This document shows, one piece after another, positions 46,659 to 60,423 of a DNA stretch of 64,000 nt. The position numbers were made by a program, and so were the translations under genes. Source of the stretch: Octopus bimaculoides (taxonomy: Eukaryota); NCBI RefSeq assembly GCF_001194135.2, contig NC_068984.1, positions 18,920,340 to 18,984,339 on the forward strand, written 5' to 3'. The notes beneath the pieces were generated by a model, which worked only from the letters and a program-made list of their open reading frames with translations, was not told the origin of the DNA and did not search any database. The number at the start of each line of letters is the position of its first letter. Position 1 is the first letter of the stretch.

Positions 46659-46756
46659 GTCCAAAGATTGACAGAACAAGTGGTAGTCCAAGCTTGAAGA
46701 CTTACTCCATATTAAGGATATTTATTCTAATACTAGTCTATGTCAGCCTACACTGA
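46659..46756 (+). CDS. Single-CUB protein exon 4 (GPKIDRTSGSPSLKTYSILRIFILILVYVSLH*), GPI-signal-like tail
   Basis: TTCAG acceptor, phase 1; small-residue patch TSGS, spacer, hydrophobic C-terminus; TGA at 46754-46756. Confidence 0.75.
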
Positions 46757-47577
46757 CAAATTCATAAAAAAATAGGAAATAAATATTAAATTAAATATTC
46801 TTCTACTTCGAAATTTCAGACATCCATAAATTATTTATGAAATTACTGATTAATTCTGAAATTATCGCTTCATTTTCTGCATGAGAGGGTTAAATGCTGG
46901 ATGATTTAAATTCATGAAAAATACCAACATATTTGCCATGCAGGAAAATAAAAAAAAATGACGTTCACACTTGAAATTTAATGCTGAAATTATTTCATTC
47001 CACCAATAAATATTTACTCACTGATATGACGCTACAATTTTAGAGGAACAAACTTAGACATTCATTTTTCCTAAAAATGCGAGACTAAATAACTACAGCT
47101 CATTGCCATTATGGTGACACAGTAAGAGATCAGGTGACATCCATTGCTTATATTAACTTTTAAGTGACTATTCAATGTTTAGATGCTGAACTACTAACCA
47201 TAGTTCAAATATTGTACCTCTTAGTAATGCACAATGGTGCATGGCTAAACAAAGAACAAGCTCCACTATTTTCTTCACAAGTGAATAATAGCACAAGTGA
47301 ATAATCTTGGCTCTAGACGTAAGTCTACAGTAAATATAACAACTTAACCAATGAAAGTATAGAAAAATGATATAAAGACATACGGAATAAATAAAATAGA
47401 ATAAAAACTTCTGCATGACTAACAGTTACTATAGAAATCAAATAATTCAGCAATATATATGATTGATCTCTTGCTGTATTTAAGATGTCTAAATAATATA
47501 CAAATGTTTATATTATTCTTTTTTGTATGTGTATTTCGTGTGCAAGATTCTTGATGTGGATACGTGTGTTGAAAGAA

Positions 47578-47788
47578 ATACAATTAAACCTTGGGAGAGG
47601 CATTATGCCGGTAATAAACACACGCACTGGTTCAGTCCTTTATTAATTTATAAACAGTATATAGTTTTTTGTTAAATCATTTCATTGCACTCTTGCAATC
47701 TCTATATACTCTTTATAAATTAATAAAGGACTGAACCAGTGTGTGTGTTTATTACCGGCATAATGCCTCTCCCAAGGTTTAATTGTAT
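47578..47788. repeat. Inverted repeat with arms of about 87 bp and a 37-bp spacer
   Basis: 47578-47664 is the near-perfect reverse complement of 47702-47788. Confidence 0.85.
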
Positions 47789-48194
47789 ATTATTATTCTT
47801 TTTAGTCTGTATAAACGTATTGTATTGAAACCAAATTAAAACAACTCCAGAAAGATTTTTTTCAATTTTACAGGTATATTTGTTATTATTATTATACTGC
47901 ATTTCATTATTATATTATTATCATTAAAAAACCTTTACAGCTTAACTTGACATCTTCGGAAAGTCATTGCCTCGATCGATCTGCATGGCGTAAGATGTGT
48001 CACAATGCATCCAAACAATTTAAGCTGAAGAAACAGAACAATAGGAGAACTATAAGCTACAATCAACAGACACCCTTACCCAATCCCAGGCAAAATCAAA
48101 ATCATCAATGTCCCCTGGATTAAAATTACATTCATGCATCCATTGCAAATAGATGCTGTTTCTTAGGTTTTTACTCTCTCTCTCTCTCATTTAT

Positions 48195-48560
48195 TCTTTT
48201 ACTTGTTTCAGTCATTTGACTGCGGCCATGCTGGAGCACCGCCTTTAGTCGAGCAAATCGACCCCCAGGACTTATTCTTTGTAAGCCTAGTACTTATTCT
48301 ATCGGTCTCTTTTGCCGAACTGCTAAGTTACGGGGACGTAAACACACCATCGGTTGTCAAGCAATGTTAGGGGGGACAAACACAGACACACAAACATATA
48401 TACGACGGGCTTCTTTCAGTTTCCATCTACCAAATCCACTCACAAGGCTTTGGTTGGCCCGAGGCTATAGTAGAAGACACTTGCCCAAGGTGCCACGCAG
48501 TGGAACTGAACCCGGAACTATGTGGTTGGTAAGCAAGCTACTTACCACACAGCCACTCCT
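48195..48560 (-). mobile_element. SINE family A, full length
   Basis: One of the best-preserved copies. Confidence 0.9.
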
Positions 48561-48654
48561 CCACCCATGTTTTTTTTTTTGTTCTTTGTTTCTATTATAC
48601 TCTTTAACTTTAAGTCCCCTACTCCAAACAGGAGTAACCATCATTATTATTATT

Positions 48655-49975
48655 GAGCTGGCAGAATTGTTAGCACACTGGACAAAATGCTTAGTGATAT
48701 TTCATCTGTCTTTACATTCTGAATTCAAATGCCGCCAAGGTTGACTTTGCTTTTCATCCTTTCGGGGTCAATAAAATAAGTACCTGTCAAGTACTGAGGT
48801 CAATGTAATCTACTTATCTCTGCTTCCCCAAAATATCAGGCCTTGTGCCTATAGTAAAAAAAATTATTATTAAGTTGGTGAGCAAGCAGAATTGTTAGTG
48901 TCACACAAAATACTTAGTGACTCTTTTCTGGTTTTATACTGAATTTAAATATTGCTGAGGTTGACTCTGCCTTTCAACCTTTCATGGTCAATAAAATAAG
49001 TACCAGTCGAATACTGGGGTTGATGTACCATATTTTCCATATTTTCTGGCATAGCATATATAAGTGTAAACATATAGTGTTAATATTCACACACTGTTAC
49101 TATCTTTCCAAATCCTTTTGCATTTCATGTAGAATTTTTGATTCTCCAAAGTTGTCTTGATGTATAAATTGACCTACTTTTTCTTAGCTCTAAATTCTTA
49201 GCTGAAAAATACAGTAATTGACTGGTCTCCTTCCCTCACTCAGAGACAGAGTTCAGTAGCACCCAAAGCACAAGTGTTTAGCTCTAAATATTATTATGAT
49301 TAGTATCAAGATGGTGAGATGGTAGACTCATTAGCATGCCAGACAAAATGCTTAGCATATCTTGTCCATCTTTATGTTTTGAGTTCAAAATCCACTGAGG
49401 TTGACTTCACCTTTCGTCATTTTGGAGCTGATAAAATAAAACACCAGTTGATTGCTGGAGTCCATGTTATCATCTAGCTTCCTCCTCTAAAATTGCTGGC
49501 CCTATGCCAAAATTTGAAACCATTATTATTATTATTATTATTATTATTAAAGTAGCGAACTGGTAGAATCGTTAGCATGCCAGGCAAAACACTTAGCAGC
49601 ATTTTATCCATCTTTATGTTCTGACTTCAGATTGGTTTATTCACTGATAACCCTATCATATTACCAGCATCGCTCATAATCCTGAGTGAATATGGCATAT
49701 CAGTTGAGCAGCCTGAAGAATGAACAATTCAAGTCTAGGGGAAGATGAGAATGGAACAAAGATTGATTTCAATGATCAGACAGTGAAAACTGCAATATTT
49801 TGAACAAGTTATCAGGGCTCAGAACTTCTGCATGCATGTCTTAGGGGTTTGGGTGACCTTGCTTTTCATCTTTACAGGGTTGATAAGATAAGTAGCAGTT
49901 GAGCACTGGGGTTGATGTCATCAACTAGTCTCTTATCCCAACGTTTCAGGCCTTGTGCCTACTGTAGAAAGGATC
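48655..49975 (+). mobile_element. Cluster of about five diverged family B SINE copies
   Basis: Repeated gcagaattgttagca...gactttgc(t/c)tttcatcct...ataaaataagtacc motifs at about 48655, 48880, 49310, 49550 and 49860. Confidence 0.65.
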
Positions 49976-50293
49976 ATTATTATATATATTTATTTATTTA
50001 TGTGTTTCAGCCAAGTGGCTGCGGTCATGCTGATTTTTTTTTACTCGAGTGGCTGCAATTCTCAAACAGATGTGGAAATTTTTAATTTTATATAAAATTA
50101 TACAAGAAATCAAAATGAATAAATTTTATTTGTAAACTCTGGACATTCACATATGCTATAACAAGTGAAATAATATATGTCTTGTAAAAATATAAGTTCT
50201 ATCAGATTTTGGATGTGAGATGCAATGATACAGAAATGAACCACCTCAAGAGACAATGTTAAGATAATTGTTTTTTTTTTTTCCTGAATTTAG

Positions 50294-50430
50294 CTAGCTG
50301 CCTTGCTTCAATTTCTTCTGCACAGCCTGTAAATATTCCTGGGCATTTTTTAGTGATGGATTTAGAAGAAGTGTTTTTTCATATGCTGCCTCAGCTTTGT
50401 CATATTTTCCCCATCGGTGGTAAAGTATAC
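50294..50430 (-). CDS. TMTC4: TMTC4 terminal exon (GILYHRWGKYDKAEAAYEKTLLLNP...KQGS*)
   Basis: TTGCAG acceptor, phase 1; LYHRWG motif as in vertebrate TMTC4; TAG at 50294-50296. Confidence 0.9.
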
Positions 50431-50609
50431 CTGCAATCAGTAAAAAACAAAATAATGATTAATTTTAATGAGCTGATTGTATACAATACTTAGATACATT
50501 CTATATAAGTTCATTGTTATTTTCTGATTAAATATATAAGAAAGGAATGCAAGTAATAAAAAAATAACATTCGTTATTTTTAAACTTAAGAATATTTGTT
50601 TCACAAAGG

Positions 50610-51063
50610 CGATGGCAATGACCAGTGACTGAGACATTTGGAGATAAGCTGTGCTTAAGACCCAGCAAGCCAAGTGAGACCGTAACCATGGCTTATGCCA
50701 GTGTAGCATAACCGGCCCATTTAAGAGTACCCTTCAACCATTGGGCAATAAACTGCGCTTGTGAAGACCTGTTGAGGCAAGTGAAGTCATGGTCATGGTC
50801 ATGGCCGATGCCAGTGGCACGTAAAAAGCACCATTTAAGCATGGTTGATGCTAGTACCGCCTGACTGGCCCATGTGCTGGGGGCATGTAAAAAGCACCCA
50901 CTACACTCTTGGAGTAGTTGGTATTAGGAAGGGCATCCAGCTGTAGAAACCTTGCCAGATCAGATTGGTGCCTGGTACAGCTTACGGGTTTGCCAGTCCT
51001 CAGTCAAACCGTCCAATCCATGCCAGCATAGAAAGCAGACGTTAAACGATGATGATGATGATG
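50610..51063 (+). mobile_element. RTE LINE 3' UTR with (GAT)n tail
   Basis: Same terminus as 24560-25130. Confidence 0.8.
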
Positions 51064-51715
51064 AAGAACCAGTTTGATATGGATTCTAGTTTTATTAACC
51101 AAAATTGTTAGTCAATAAAAAAATTTTGATATACCTGCTAAATTACATTTTCATGTGTATCATACTTAATGTATGTACACTGTCAATAGGCCAGTTACTG
51201 CAGTAACTGTCCTGAAATAACATCTCTTATAGATTTGCTGTGTTGAAAACAATAAATATCAGAGAGAGATGAAAATTCATGCCAGCAACAGTTAGCCAGA
51301 GCACCAAGGGTTGAAATGCATCAGGTGCTTTTGCTGGCCACAGTTACAATGAATTTTTATCTTTCTCTAATACCTGTGTTCTTAAAACAGCAAATCCATG
51401 AGAAATATTATCTGAAGACAAATACTCCCTCACTTGAGTATATTGGATACTTTTCCATGATTTTAAAAATCTGTTTTAATGTTTAATTCATCTGCCATTG
51501 TACGTTTTGTCAGATGAATTCATCAAATGTCAAATAATTCTCTTTTATTTTCATGTGTCAGAATTAGCTATACACAACATATTATGGTCGGTGACATAAA
51601 AGAAACACTGCTATAAAACCAGAAATCCTGCAGAGAGCTCTAAAATAAAAGAATAATAAAATCTAGTAAAGTCACTACAATATTAGAACAAACAATACTA
51701 TCCATATAATTATAT

Positions 51716-51750
<35 letters not shown>

Positions 51751-52237
51751 TATCATCCATTTTAATGTCAGCTTTACCCCGCTTGCTTGGGTTAGACAAG
51801 AATATGCAGGGGTAGAGTTTTCTACAGACAGATGACCTTTCTGTCATCAACACTCCCACTTGTTTGCAAAGAGATAATAATCTTCCAGTCTATCAAACAA
51901 TAAAAGGTCCAGATATGTTTATGTTGAGAATTGGAAACAAATGACACAAGATGAATGAATCTTTTGTTTACACTGTGAAACATGCCAAGACATGCCAGAA
52001 AGGCCTAGACATGCTTTTGTGGTGGACTGAAAAACAAATGGCAGTGCTTGTGAAGTCATTGTTTGCAACCAGCCCCAAAAAACAAACAAACATGTAGGCA
52101 AGGAAATATGAACTCAATCACACAAACACACACACAAAATTTCATATTTCATATTTAAAAAAACAAGTATGTGTATATATGTATATATATGTACATATGT
52201 GAATGTATATGCATAAATGTAAATGTATGTTTGTGCA

Positions 52238-52276
<39 letters not shown>

Positions 52277-52339
52277 CCATATACACACACACACACACAC
52301 ACAAATGTCTATGGAATACTCAGCCACTTCAAGTTATTC

Positions 52340-52730
52340 TGCCTACATTTTGTTAGTCTGTAGAGGAACTTCACTGAGATACCATGTTCTGAGATATAAT
52401 GGTCTCTAAGAGAGCTAAAGCTAGATGAGCAGCTTGTGAGAGCAATGCAAGCTGTGTACAGGTGCTGTTTGCAGTGTGAGAGTTGACAATGGATTTAGTG
52501 AAGAATTTGATGTACAGCTTGGTGCACATCTGAGCTTAGTTCTAAACTCTCTTCTGTCTATTATGATTCTCAAGACTGTAACAAAGGAATCTGGGAGTTG
52601 TCTGTGGAAGTTTCTGCAGTTTGATGATCTAGTTCTCATGTGGAACTGATCAATTATTTGGAGAGAAAGTTCTGAATTGGGAAACAAAGCCTTGAATCAA
52701 GAGGCCAAACAAGGATAAAGATTTTAGTTA
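52340..52730 (+). mobile_element. Old, degenerate RTE RT fragment
   Basis: Decayed LVRAMQAVY...DNGFSEEFDVQLG...FDDLVL, alignable to ORF 9824-10363. Confidence 0.55.
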
Positions 52731-53659
52731 GAAGGAAGTGGGATTGGAGCATGATATATAGAGAAGTGGGGTATTTTACTTCCATATGGCATGTCCATTA
52801 TAAACCACATATATATATGTGTTGTATGAAAACAGGTAGGCTGAGAGGGAGAGTGACCTTCATATGTGACAGATGCACCAGGTGTTGGTTGTGAGAGTGC
52901 AAATGATAAAGTATTTTGCGGTCTTCTTAGAAGTGGTTGAAGGCTTCTATATTTTTATAACCTGATTGGTAATGGAGGAAGCTGTTCTGAAGGAATAATT
53001 GCTGAAGTAGGAATAGAGTGGGAAAGTTCAGGGAGTTACTGTCTCTATTAGTAAGAATATTCCCAGGCAGAAGGACAGATTGAGTGATGCTTGCAGACAG
53101 AGCATGGTGCTTTATAGTTATGAGACATGGACTTTGAAACCGGAAGATTTGTGAAGGTTTAGAGAGGTGAGGCAAGCATGCTCTGACAGATGTATAATGT
53201 TGGTGTACATGAATAACATAGTGCAGATGAGCTGAACAAGAGGAGCTAGATATGGAAGGAACTGGATGTGGTATGCAAGAGAGAGGACTGTGCTGATAAA
53301 AGTATATGATGTATATACATATAGAGGTTTCTTGAATTCCAGATGGATGGAACCTGTAGAAGAAGTAGGTTGAGGAAGACACAAGATAAAGAACTGGAGA
53401 TTGATTTCAAAAAGTTGAACCTCATGAAAGGGACAACAAAGACCATTGCTTACACTGCGCAAGATGCTGTGTTGGAGAGGATCTGGCCAACCCAACCCAT
53501 GTAAGCAGAGAAAACAGGATGTAAGAATGATAGTGGTGGAAGTGAATATAAAACATCTGAGTCTCTTCCAGCACATTGTGCTTCCATTAAGTTTCCATAT
53601 ATCACTGTTTCCTCTCTTTACACTCATTTACCACTGTTAAGATCCCTTCTATTAGTTAG

Positions 53660-54470
53660 TGGGAGACCTAAATTTTCTATAGGTTCACCTCCCATCGAAA
53701 TAGTTTGATCTTTTATTTCAATTAAAACCGCATTGTATATAGCATCAGTGAAACCAATATCTTGCTCAGGATTATTCAACTGAACTTGATGCTTGAAATC
53801 TTCAGCAAGATCATTTCTGAACTTATTCCACAGTTCAACAGGGTTTCTTACTTCACAATTTTAAAGAATAACAGCAAAAAAAAACCTCTTAAACTCTTTG
53901 GTGTTTTTGATATTGAAGCTTCTTTCAGTGTTGCTTCCCATTGCCGATCATTTGCAAGTAAACCTAACTTCAAACACGCTTCTCGATATGTTCTGCAAAT
54001 CTCACCATCAGCTTCTTTCAAACTTTCCCGTGAAGTTGGTCCTCTTTTTACATGAAGAAGCATTATGAGATGAAAGCATTCATTTTTGTTAGGATGTACA
54101 GTATATACTCTACTAATTGTTATACCAAACCTAATTCCAGAATGACCTTGAACCATTGTACCTATTTTGCATCTATTCCATTTATTATTACTCTATGTGT
54201 AATAAGAAGGAACCTCATATTATAGCAGCGATTTTGAAAAATTGTCCCCCACAACAAAGATTGAAAAAGGCTGTTAAAGTGGTATCCTTTGGATCTGAAA
54301 CTTGATTTGTAGAAGTCTCAGCAGTGAAGTAAACCCTTTGACCATTTTCTAAATCCACAAAAAGTTGTTGAATTGCTGGGTGCCTTTCGTGGATTGGGGA
54401 TCCAAATATGCACCAGAAGGCCTGCTTATATATATCTCCTTAATTGGTGTTGTTTAACTTGATGGGCCAT
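53660..54470 (-). mobile_element. Helitron RepHel coding fragment (region between Rep and helicase)
   Basis: PIHERHPAIQQL.VDLENGQRVYF, TTLTAFF.LC, SRVYTVHPNKNECFHL.MLLHVKRGPTS, TYREACLKLGLLANDRQW. Confidence 0.85.
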
Positions 54471-54645
54471 ATTCCCAAGGAGAATTGAAATATTCAGTTT
54501 GGATCTAAACCAGGGTGAGACTACACCTACAGATTTGCTGTCTTTAATTTCATTTCAACAGACTGTTTCGAATCTGAACCAGGGCCAAAACTACTCCTAC
54601 AGATTTGCAATTTTTACTTTCATTCTGACAAACAAACAGAAATTC

Positions 54646-54684
<39 letters not shown>

Positions 54685-56524
54685 CATTTATATGGTTGTA
54701 ACACAAACAGACAAACAAGAAAATACAACTATAAACATGAATGTGTGTGTGTGTATGTGTACGCATGCATACACATACACACACACACACAAATGGAAAA
54801 AAACATCTATTCTCTCACTTCACTTCTCTATCTGGTCAGTTTTTATATATGTTTATATATACATATACGCATATATAAATTATACATATATATAAATTTA
54901 ATTTGCAGAAGTTACTACTGCTGATTAAAAAAAAGATATGTATACATTTATATAATTTTTGAAGTTGTAATTTCAACATTTTTGTTGATTTTTTTTCAAG
55001 CTACATTGATAAACTAAAAAAGTAATGTAGTGAAGTTTCAATGCAATTAACATGTTCAAATATTTATATTGATTAGCTTAATTTCATTTTCCCTCACTCC
55101 CAATACAAAGCAAACAAGAAAAAGCTTGATTTTAATCAATATCTTTTGAAGACATGGTTCACAGAGAGAGGTATGGGTAGTCATTTGCATTAACAAATAA
55201 TATTAATGGAACTTCTTAAAAAATACACAATAGACACAGGTAAGGTTGTGTGGCACCTTGAGCAAGTGTTTCTATGACCAAAACCTTGTAAATGGATTTG
55301 GTAGATAAAAACTGAAAGAAGCCTGTCATGTGTGTGTATGTTTGTCTCAACCCACTACTTCACAACTTAGTAGTTCAGCAAAAGAAACTGATAGAATAAG
55401 TATCAGGTTTAACAAAAAAATAAGTACTGGGATTGATTCGTTCAACTGAAAATTCTTCAGGACAATGCCCCAGCATGGCCGCAGTCAAATGTCTGAAACA
55501 AGTAAAAGCTAAAAGATAATCAAATTGAGTGAATGACTGACCACCCTCATGGCTGAGTGTCAGAGACACAATTACCATTCCTTGTTACATCCTATGGTCT
55601 TGTGCTGCAGCTATGCACTCCACCAGGATCCTCTCCATCCAGTCCTTGATGTCATTATTCTATTTTTGTCTTTGTCACACACAAGCCTGTTTTCCATTCA
55701 CCCAAGTGCTTAAGACATGCATGCAGAAGTTCTGAGCCCTGATAACTTGTTCAAAATATTGCAGTTTTCACTGTCTGATCATTGAAATCAATCTTTGTTC
55801 CATTCTCATCTTCCCCTAGACTTGAATTGTTCATTCTTCAGCCTGCTCAAATGATATGCCATATTCACTCAGGATTATAAGCGATGCTGGTAATATGATA
55901 GGGTTGTCAGTGAATAAACCAATTCTTCCCCACTGTACTTGACTAGTAAGGACGGTTACTAGAAACTCTGTAGGACAAACAAAAATACCTGTCAAAAAAA
56001 CCCAGTGAACCCAACATGGAATCAATGACTATCTAGCAATAGCTCAGAAACTTAAAAATTCCAAGATAGAGTCCAGTGGGTCTAGCATGCTGCAAAATCA
56101 CTGGGAGTAAAGTACTTTTTTAGATTTTGTTAAAACATGTCTCTACACTGGCAGTGTAACTGGATTGCTAATCTGGCCTCGGTAGCCTGGGAATGGAGGC
56201 AGACTAGAAGAAAGCTAACTGAGTATAAACACTCAGTGTCTGTGAGCACAAGCAGAGATGCAAAGGGAAAGGGAGTTGACCCTGACAATCAGATTGAAAG
56301 AGAACTTGAGACTCAAACCTAATCATCCTGAAGCGAACATAGACACAACAAATTCTTACTGTTTAATGTCTGTTTTCCTTGCTTGCAGGGATTGGATGGT
56401 TTAACAGGAGCCCGTAAGAGAGAGGACTATGCCAAACTCCAATGTCTACTTTGGCATGGTTTCTACAGCTGGAGGCCTCTCCTAAAGCTAACCACTTCAC
56501 AAATGGATGATAAAATTCACCTAC

Positions 56525-56707
56525 CTAAGTTTAGATAATACCGGGCTGTGTCTGGCTTCAATTTGATTGCAGTGAGAAAGTTACGCTCACTTTCTTTATA
56601 TCGACCCAGTTTTCCAAGTATACTTGCTAGATGAAGATACAAAATGGATTCTCCTGGAAGGTGGCGCAGAGCCATATTGCACATAGTTTCAGCAGCAGTT
56701 AGGTTTC
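56525..56707 (-). CDS. TMTC4: TMTC4 exon (GNLTAAETMCNMALRHLPGES...KESERNFLTAIKLKPDTARYYLNL)
   Basis: TTTCAG acceptor, G|GTAGG donor, 183 nt, phase 1/1; TPR repeats. Confidence 0.9.
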
Positions 56708-57373
56708 CTGAAATATAAACAAGAACAACAGAAAATTATTATGATTTTTTCAATTTAAATCCCTCCCAGTATGGCTATAGCAGTAAGCATCAACTTTATC
56801 AATGAGTGTTTATCTATATTTTTGTGAAGAATTTTTCCATCAAGAACTAATAAATTTTCAGGTTGTACTGTTCAAACTGGTGCTCCATCAGTTACACTGA
56901 GGGTTCCAGTTGATCTGATCAATGGAACAGCCTGCTCATGAAATCAATGTGCAAGTGGCTGAGCACTCCACAGACATGCATACCTTTAACATAGTTCTCA
57001 AGGAAATTCAGTGTGACAAAGGCTGGCCTTTTGAGTTACGGGAACAACTTATTTTGGCCAGCTGAGTAGATTGGAGCAGTGTGTAATAAAATGTCTCAAG
57101 GATTTTAACTAGAAAATGTTAAATAGATTCAAACCAGTGAAAGACACATCAGAGCAGTGAATAACAATGGAATCTGAAGAGAAGAAAAAAGTTAATCCAA
57201 ACACTTCCATAATTACTCAATAGTGACCCCCACCCACTTGATATTGCGCTACATGTGAATCAAGTACTCACTAATAGCCTTCAAATTAATCATTGAGCTG
57301 CCTACAAAGGGCAAAAATCACAAAAACCCCTAAAAGATGTTGTAAAATAAAATATTTAATGAAGTTTACTTAC

Positions 57374-57488
57374 CCATATTATCAAGAAGAATTACCATGT
57401 TACTCCAAGAACTTAGATGTGTAGATTTTAACAAGGTTGCATTTTGCCAAGCAAGTAGGGCCAATTGGTATTGTTTTGTCTCCAAGAA
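57374..57488 (-). CDS. TMTC4: TMTC4 exon (FLETKQYQLALLAWQNATLLKSTHLSSWSNMVILLDNM)
   Basis: Resembles vertebrate AWRNATVLKP.H..AWNNMIILLDN; 115 nt, phase 0/1, GTAAGT donor. Confidence 0.92.
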
Positions 57489-59184
57489 CTAGGAAATACA
57501 ATATTTAAAAGAAAAATGTAATATAAACTTTTATACTCAAAATGGAAGAATATTTATATTTCAAAGATGATAATCATCATCAATCATCTCATTAAATTGA
57601 AAGTACAGTAGAGTTACAATTAATACCACAGTATTTAAAAATGGCTAGGTGTGGTGATCCTTAAATTAGAAAAATATCCAACGTTTCATCATTGGGCACC
57701 TTTAGTAAAATTCAACCTCTTTCAAACATTTACACCAAACCCTTGGCTCTGTTGTCATCCACATTTTTTTCTGCAGGTGTTCAGGCTGAACTTCAGCCTC
57801 ATCAGTCTTGAAGCCCAAGAGAGAGCACGGACACTGCACCTCTTCCTTTGGTTAACACACACACACACATGCACATATGGATGCATATACATTATATAAA
57901 ACGAATACTGCATCACTTCCTCTTCAATGCTTTAACAACTCAGTATCATCCTTGTCATTGTTTTAACATAGATGTTTCTGTGCTAGCATGAGTCAGAGTT
58001 CATTGAGGCAGATTTTACAATGGCTGGATGCCCTTCCTGTCACCAACCCTTGCCTGTTTCCAAATAAAGTAATATTTCCTCATGATCAGACATGGTTTCG
58101 TGGAAGAATGGAAATGAAAGACAGTGCTTCTATAATGAGGCTGAACATTGTGTAATGTTAAGACAAGGAGATACACAAACGCATGTATATATGTGGGTTT
58201 ATTTCGGCATCTGTCTACCAAATCTGCTCACAAAGCTCACTGTGTGGGATTGAACCTGAAACAATGTAGTTGGGAAACAAATATCTAAAACATAGTCATG
58301 CCTGTACCTATATATTCTTTTCAATTTTTATACTAAGACAAAGTTAATCTTTAATATACTTAACTTTCGTTCGTCTGGTATGAACCACTTTCAAATGGAT
58401 AGCAGGGAAAAGTATTGATTAAAGAAGTTAATGCTAATGCACAGAGTTTAAAAAACAAAACAAAACAATAAAATGAGCAAGGGGTTAATAAAAAAAAACA
58501 ATCACCATTAATTTCATTTTTCCAGCAAGTATGGGAGACAACTCTTGATTTTTTTTTTTTTTAACTTTGGGTCTTGTTCTAACGTCTGCAGAACACAGCC
58601 AACATGTATTTGCCAAAATAGTAATGAAAACAAAAACAAAAACAGGCAAATGTGCAAGATTATGCATTTGGGGAAGAAAAAATCAGTTATGTTAATATTA
58701 GTTTCAAATTTTGGTACAAGGCCAGCAATTTCAAGGAAGGGGTAAGTCAATTACATTGACTCCAGGGCTCAAATGGTACTTATTTTATCGACCCTGGAAG
58801 GATGAAAAGCAAAGTCAACCCTGGTGGAATTTGAACTTAGAACATAAAAATGAAAGTAGCCTGGCATGCTAACTATTCTGCCAGTTCACCACCTTAAGTT
58901 AAGTTCATATTAATATGTTTCTTAACATTCTATGCATTAAATGTGACTCACATTAAATATTTTATGAAATAAAAATATTAATTTAATGATTAATATTCAT
59001 TTTCAGAATTTATTAAAATTTTTTTGCCAGCAATTATGGAAGACAATTTGAAGTTCTAAGATAAAATGTTCTCAAAAGAGAATCCAGTGATAAACTATCT
59101 CTTATTGCTTAGCACCAGAATAACAGGAATAAGGTTTTGTTCACCATCACAACTCATAGAATTAAAAAGAAGGAATACAGACAT

Positions 59185-59600
59185 GGAGGTGTGTTAAGAA
59201 GCTTGCACCCCAACCATCTGACTTTGGGTTCAGGTGGTTGGGATGCAAATGTAGCACCTTTGGCAAGTGTCTTCTAATACAGACCCAGGCTGACCAGTGC
59301 CTTGTGAGTGAATTTGGTAGACAGAAACTGAAAGGCGGCGAGCTGGCAGAAACGTTAGCACGCCGGGCGAAATGCTTAGCGGTATTTCGTCTGCCGTTAC
59401 GTTCTGAGTTCAAATTCCGCCGAGGTTGACTTTGTCTTTCATCCTTTCGGGGTCGATAAATTAAGTACCAGTTACGCACTGGGGTCGATGTAATCAACTT
59501 AATCCCTTCGTCTGTCCTTGTTTGTCCCCTCTATGTTTAGCCCCTTGTGGGCAATAAAGAAATAAGAAACTGAAAGAGGCCCATACTATATATGTATGAG
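59185..59600 (+). mobile_element. SINE family A fragment interrupted by a family B SINE (59335-59564) with a 12-bp TSD
   Basis: agaaactgaaag at 59323-59334 and 59565-59576. Confidence 0.85.
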
Positions 59601-60156
59601 TGTGTGTATGTGTGTGAGAATGTTACTACCTCCTTGCCTCGACACTGCATGGTAGTCGTAAACAAGGGTCACCACCATCAAGCAAGTGATTCCATTTTTA
59701 ATCTTGCATGAAAACTGGTTTGGCTATGAGAAAATATTATCTTACTTGAAAACAGGTGAGGATTGGGTGACAAGAAGGGCATCCATTTGTAGGAAATCTA
59801 CCTCAACAAATTCTGACTGAGCCATGTAAGCATGGATAAGTCATCATCATCATCATTGTTTAACATCTACCTTCCATGCTGGCATGGGTTGGACGGTTTG
59901 ACAGGAGCTGGCCAGGCAGGAACCTGCACTAGACTTCTGTCTGTTTTAACAGGGTTTTTACAGCTAGATGCTCTTCCAAATGCCAACAACTTTACAGTGT
60001 GAACTGGATGCTTTTTAAGTGGCACCAGCACTGCCAGGGTAATCAAGTAACTTGCAAGACAAAAATCCTTTTAGAAGGGAGGGGGTATTGGAGGAAGTGA
60101 TCTTGTGTCAGATGATGAAAGGTTATATTGAGACAGAAACAGATGTCTTGATGTAG

Positions 60157-60196
<40 letters not shown>

Positions 60197-60423
60197 TATC
60201 AGGAATGAGGACAGAAACAGGTGTGCTGCTGTAAAGGAGATACGTGGTTATCCAGCCTGAGGGAAGAGCAGGAGAAGGGGAGAGAGAGTGGAAGACAACA
60301 AGAGTACAAGAGAGAGCAGGAGAGAGATGGTGGATGTTAAAAAACAATGATGGTGATGATGATGATAACTTCACAAGTCGAAATGATGAAGGTAAAAAGT
60401 CTCTGTGAACTGAATACACTTAC

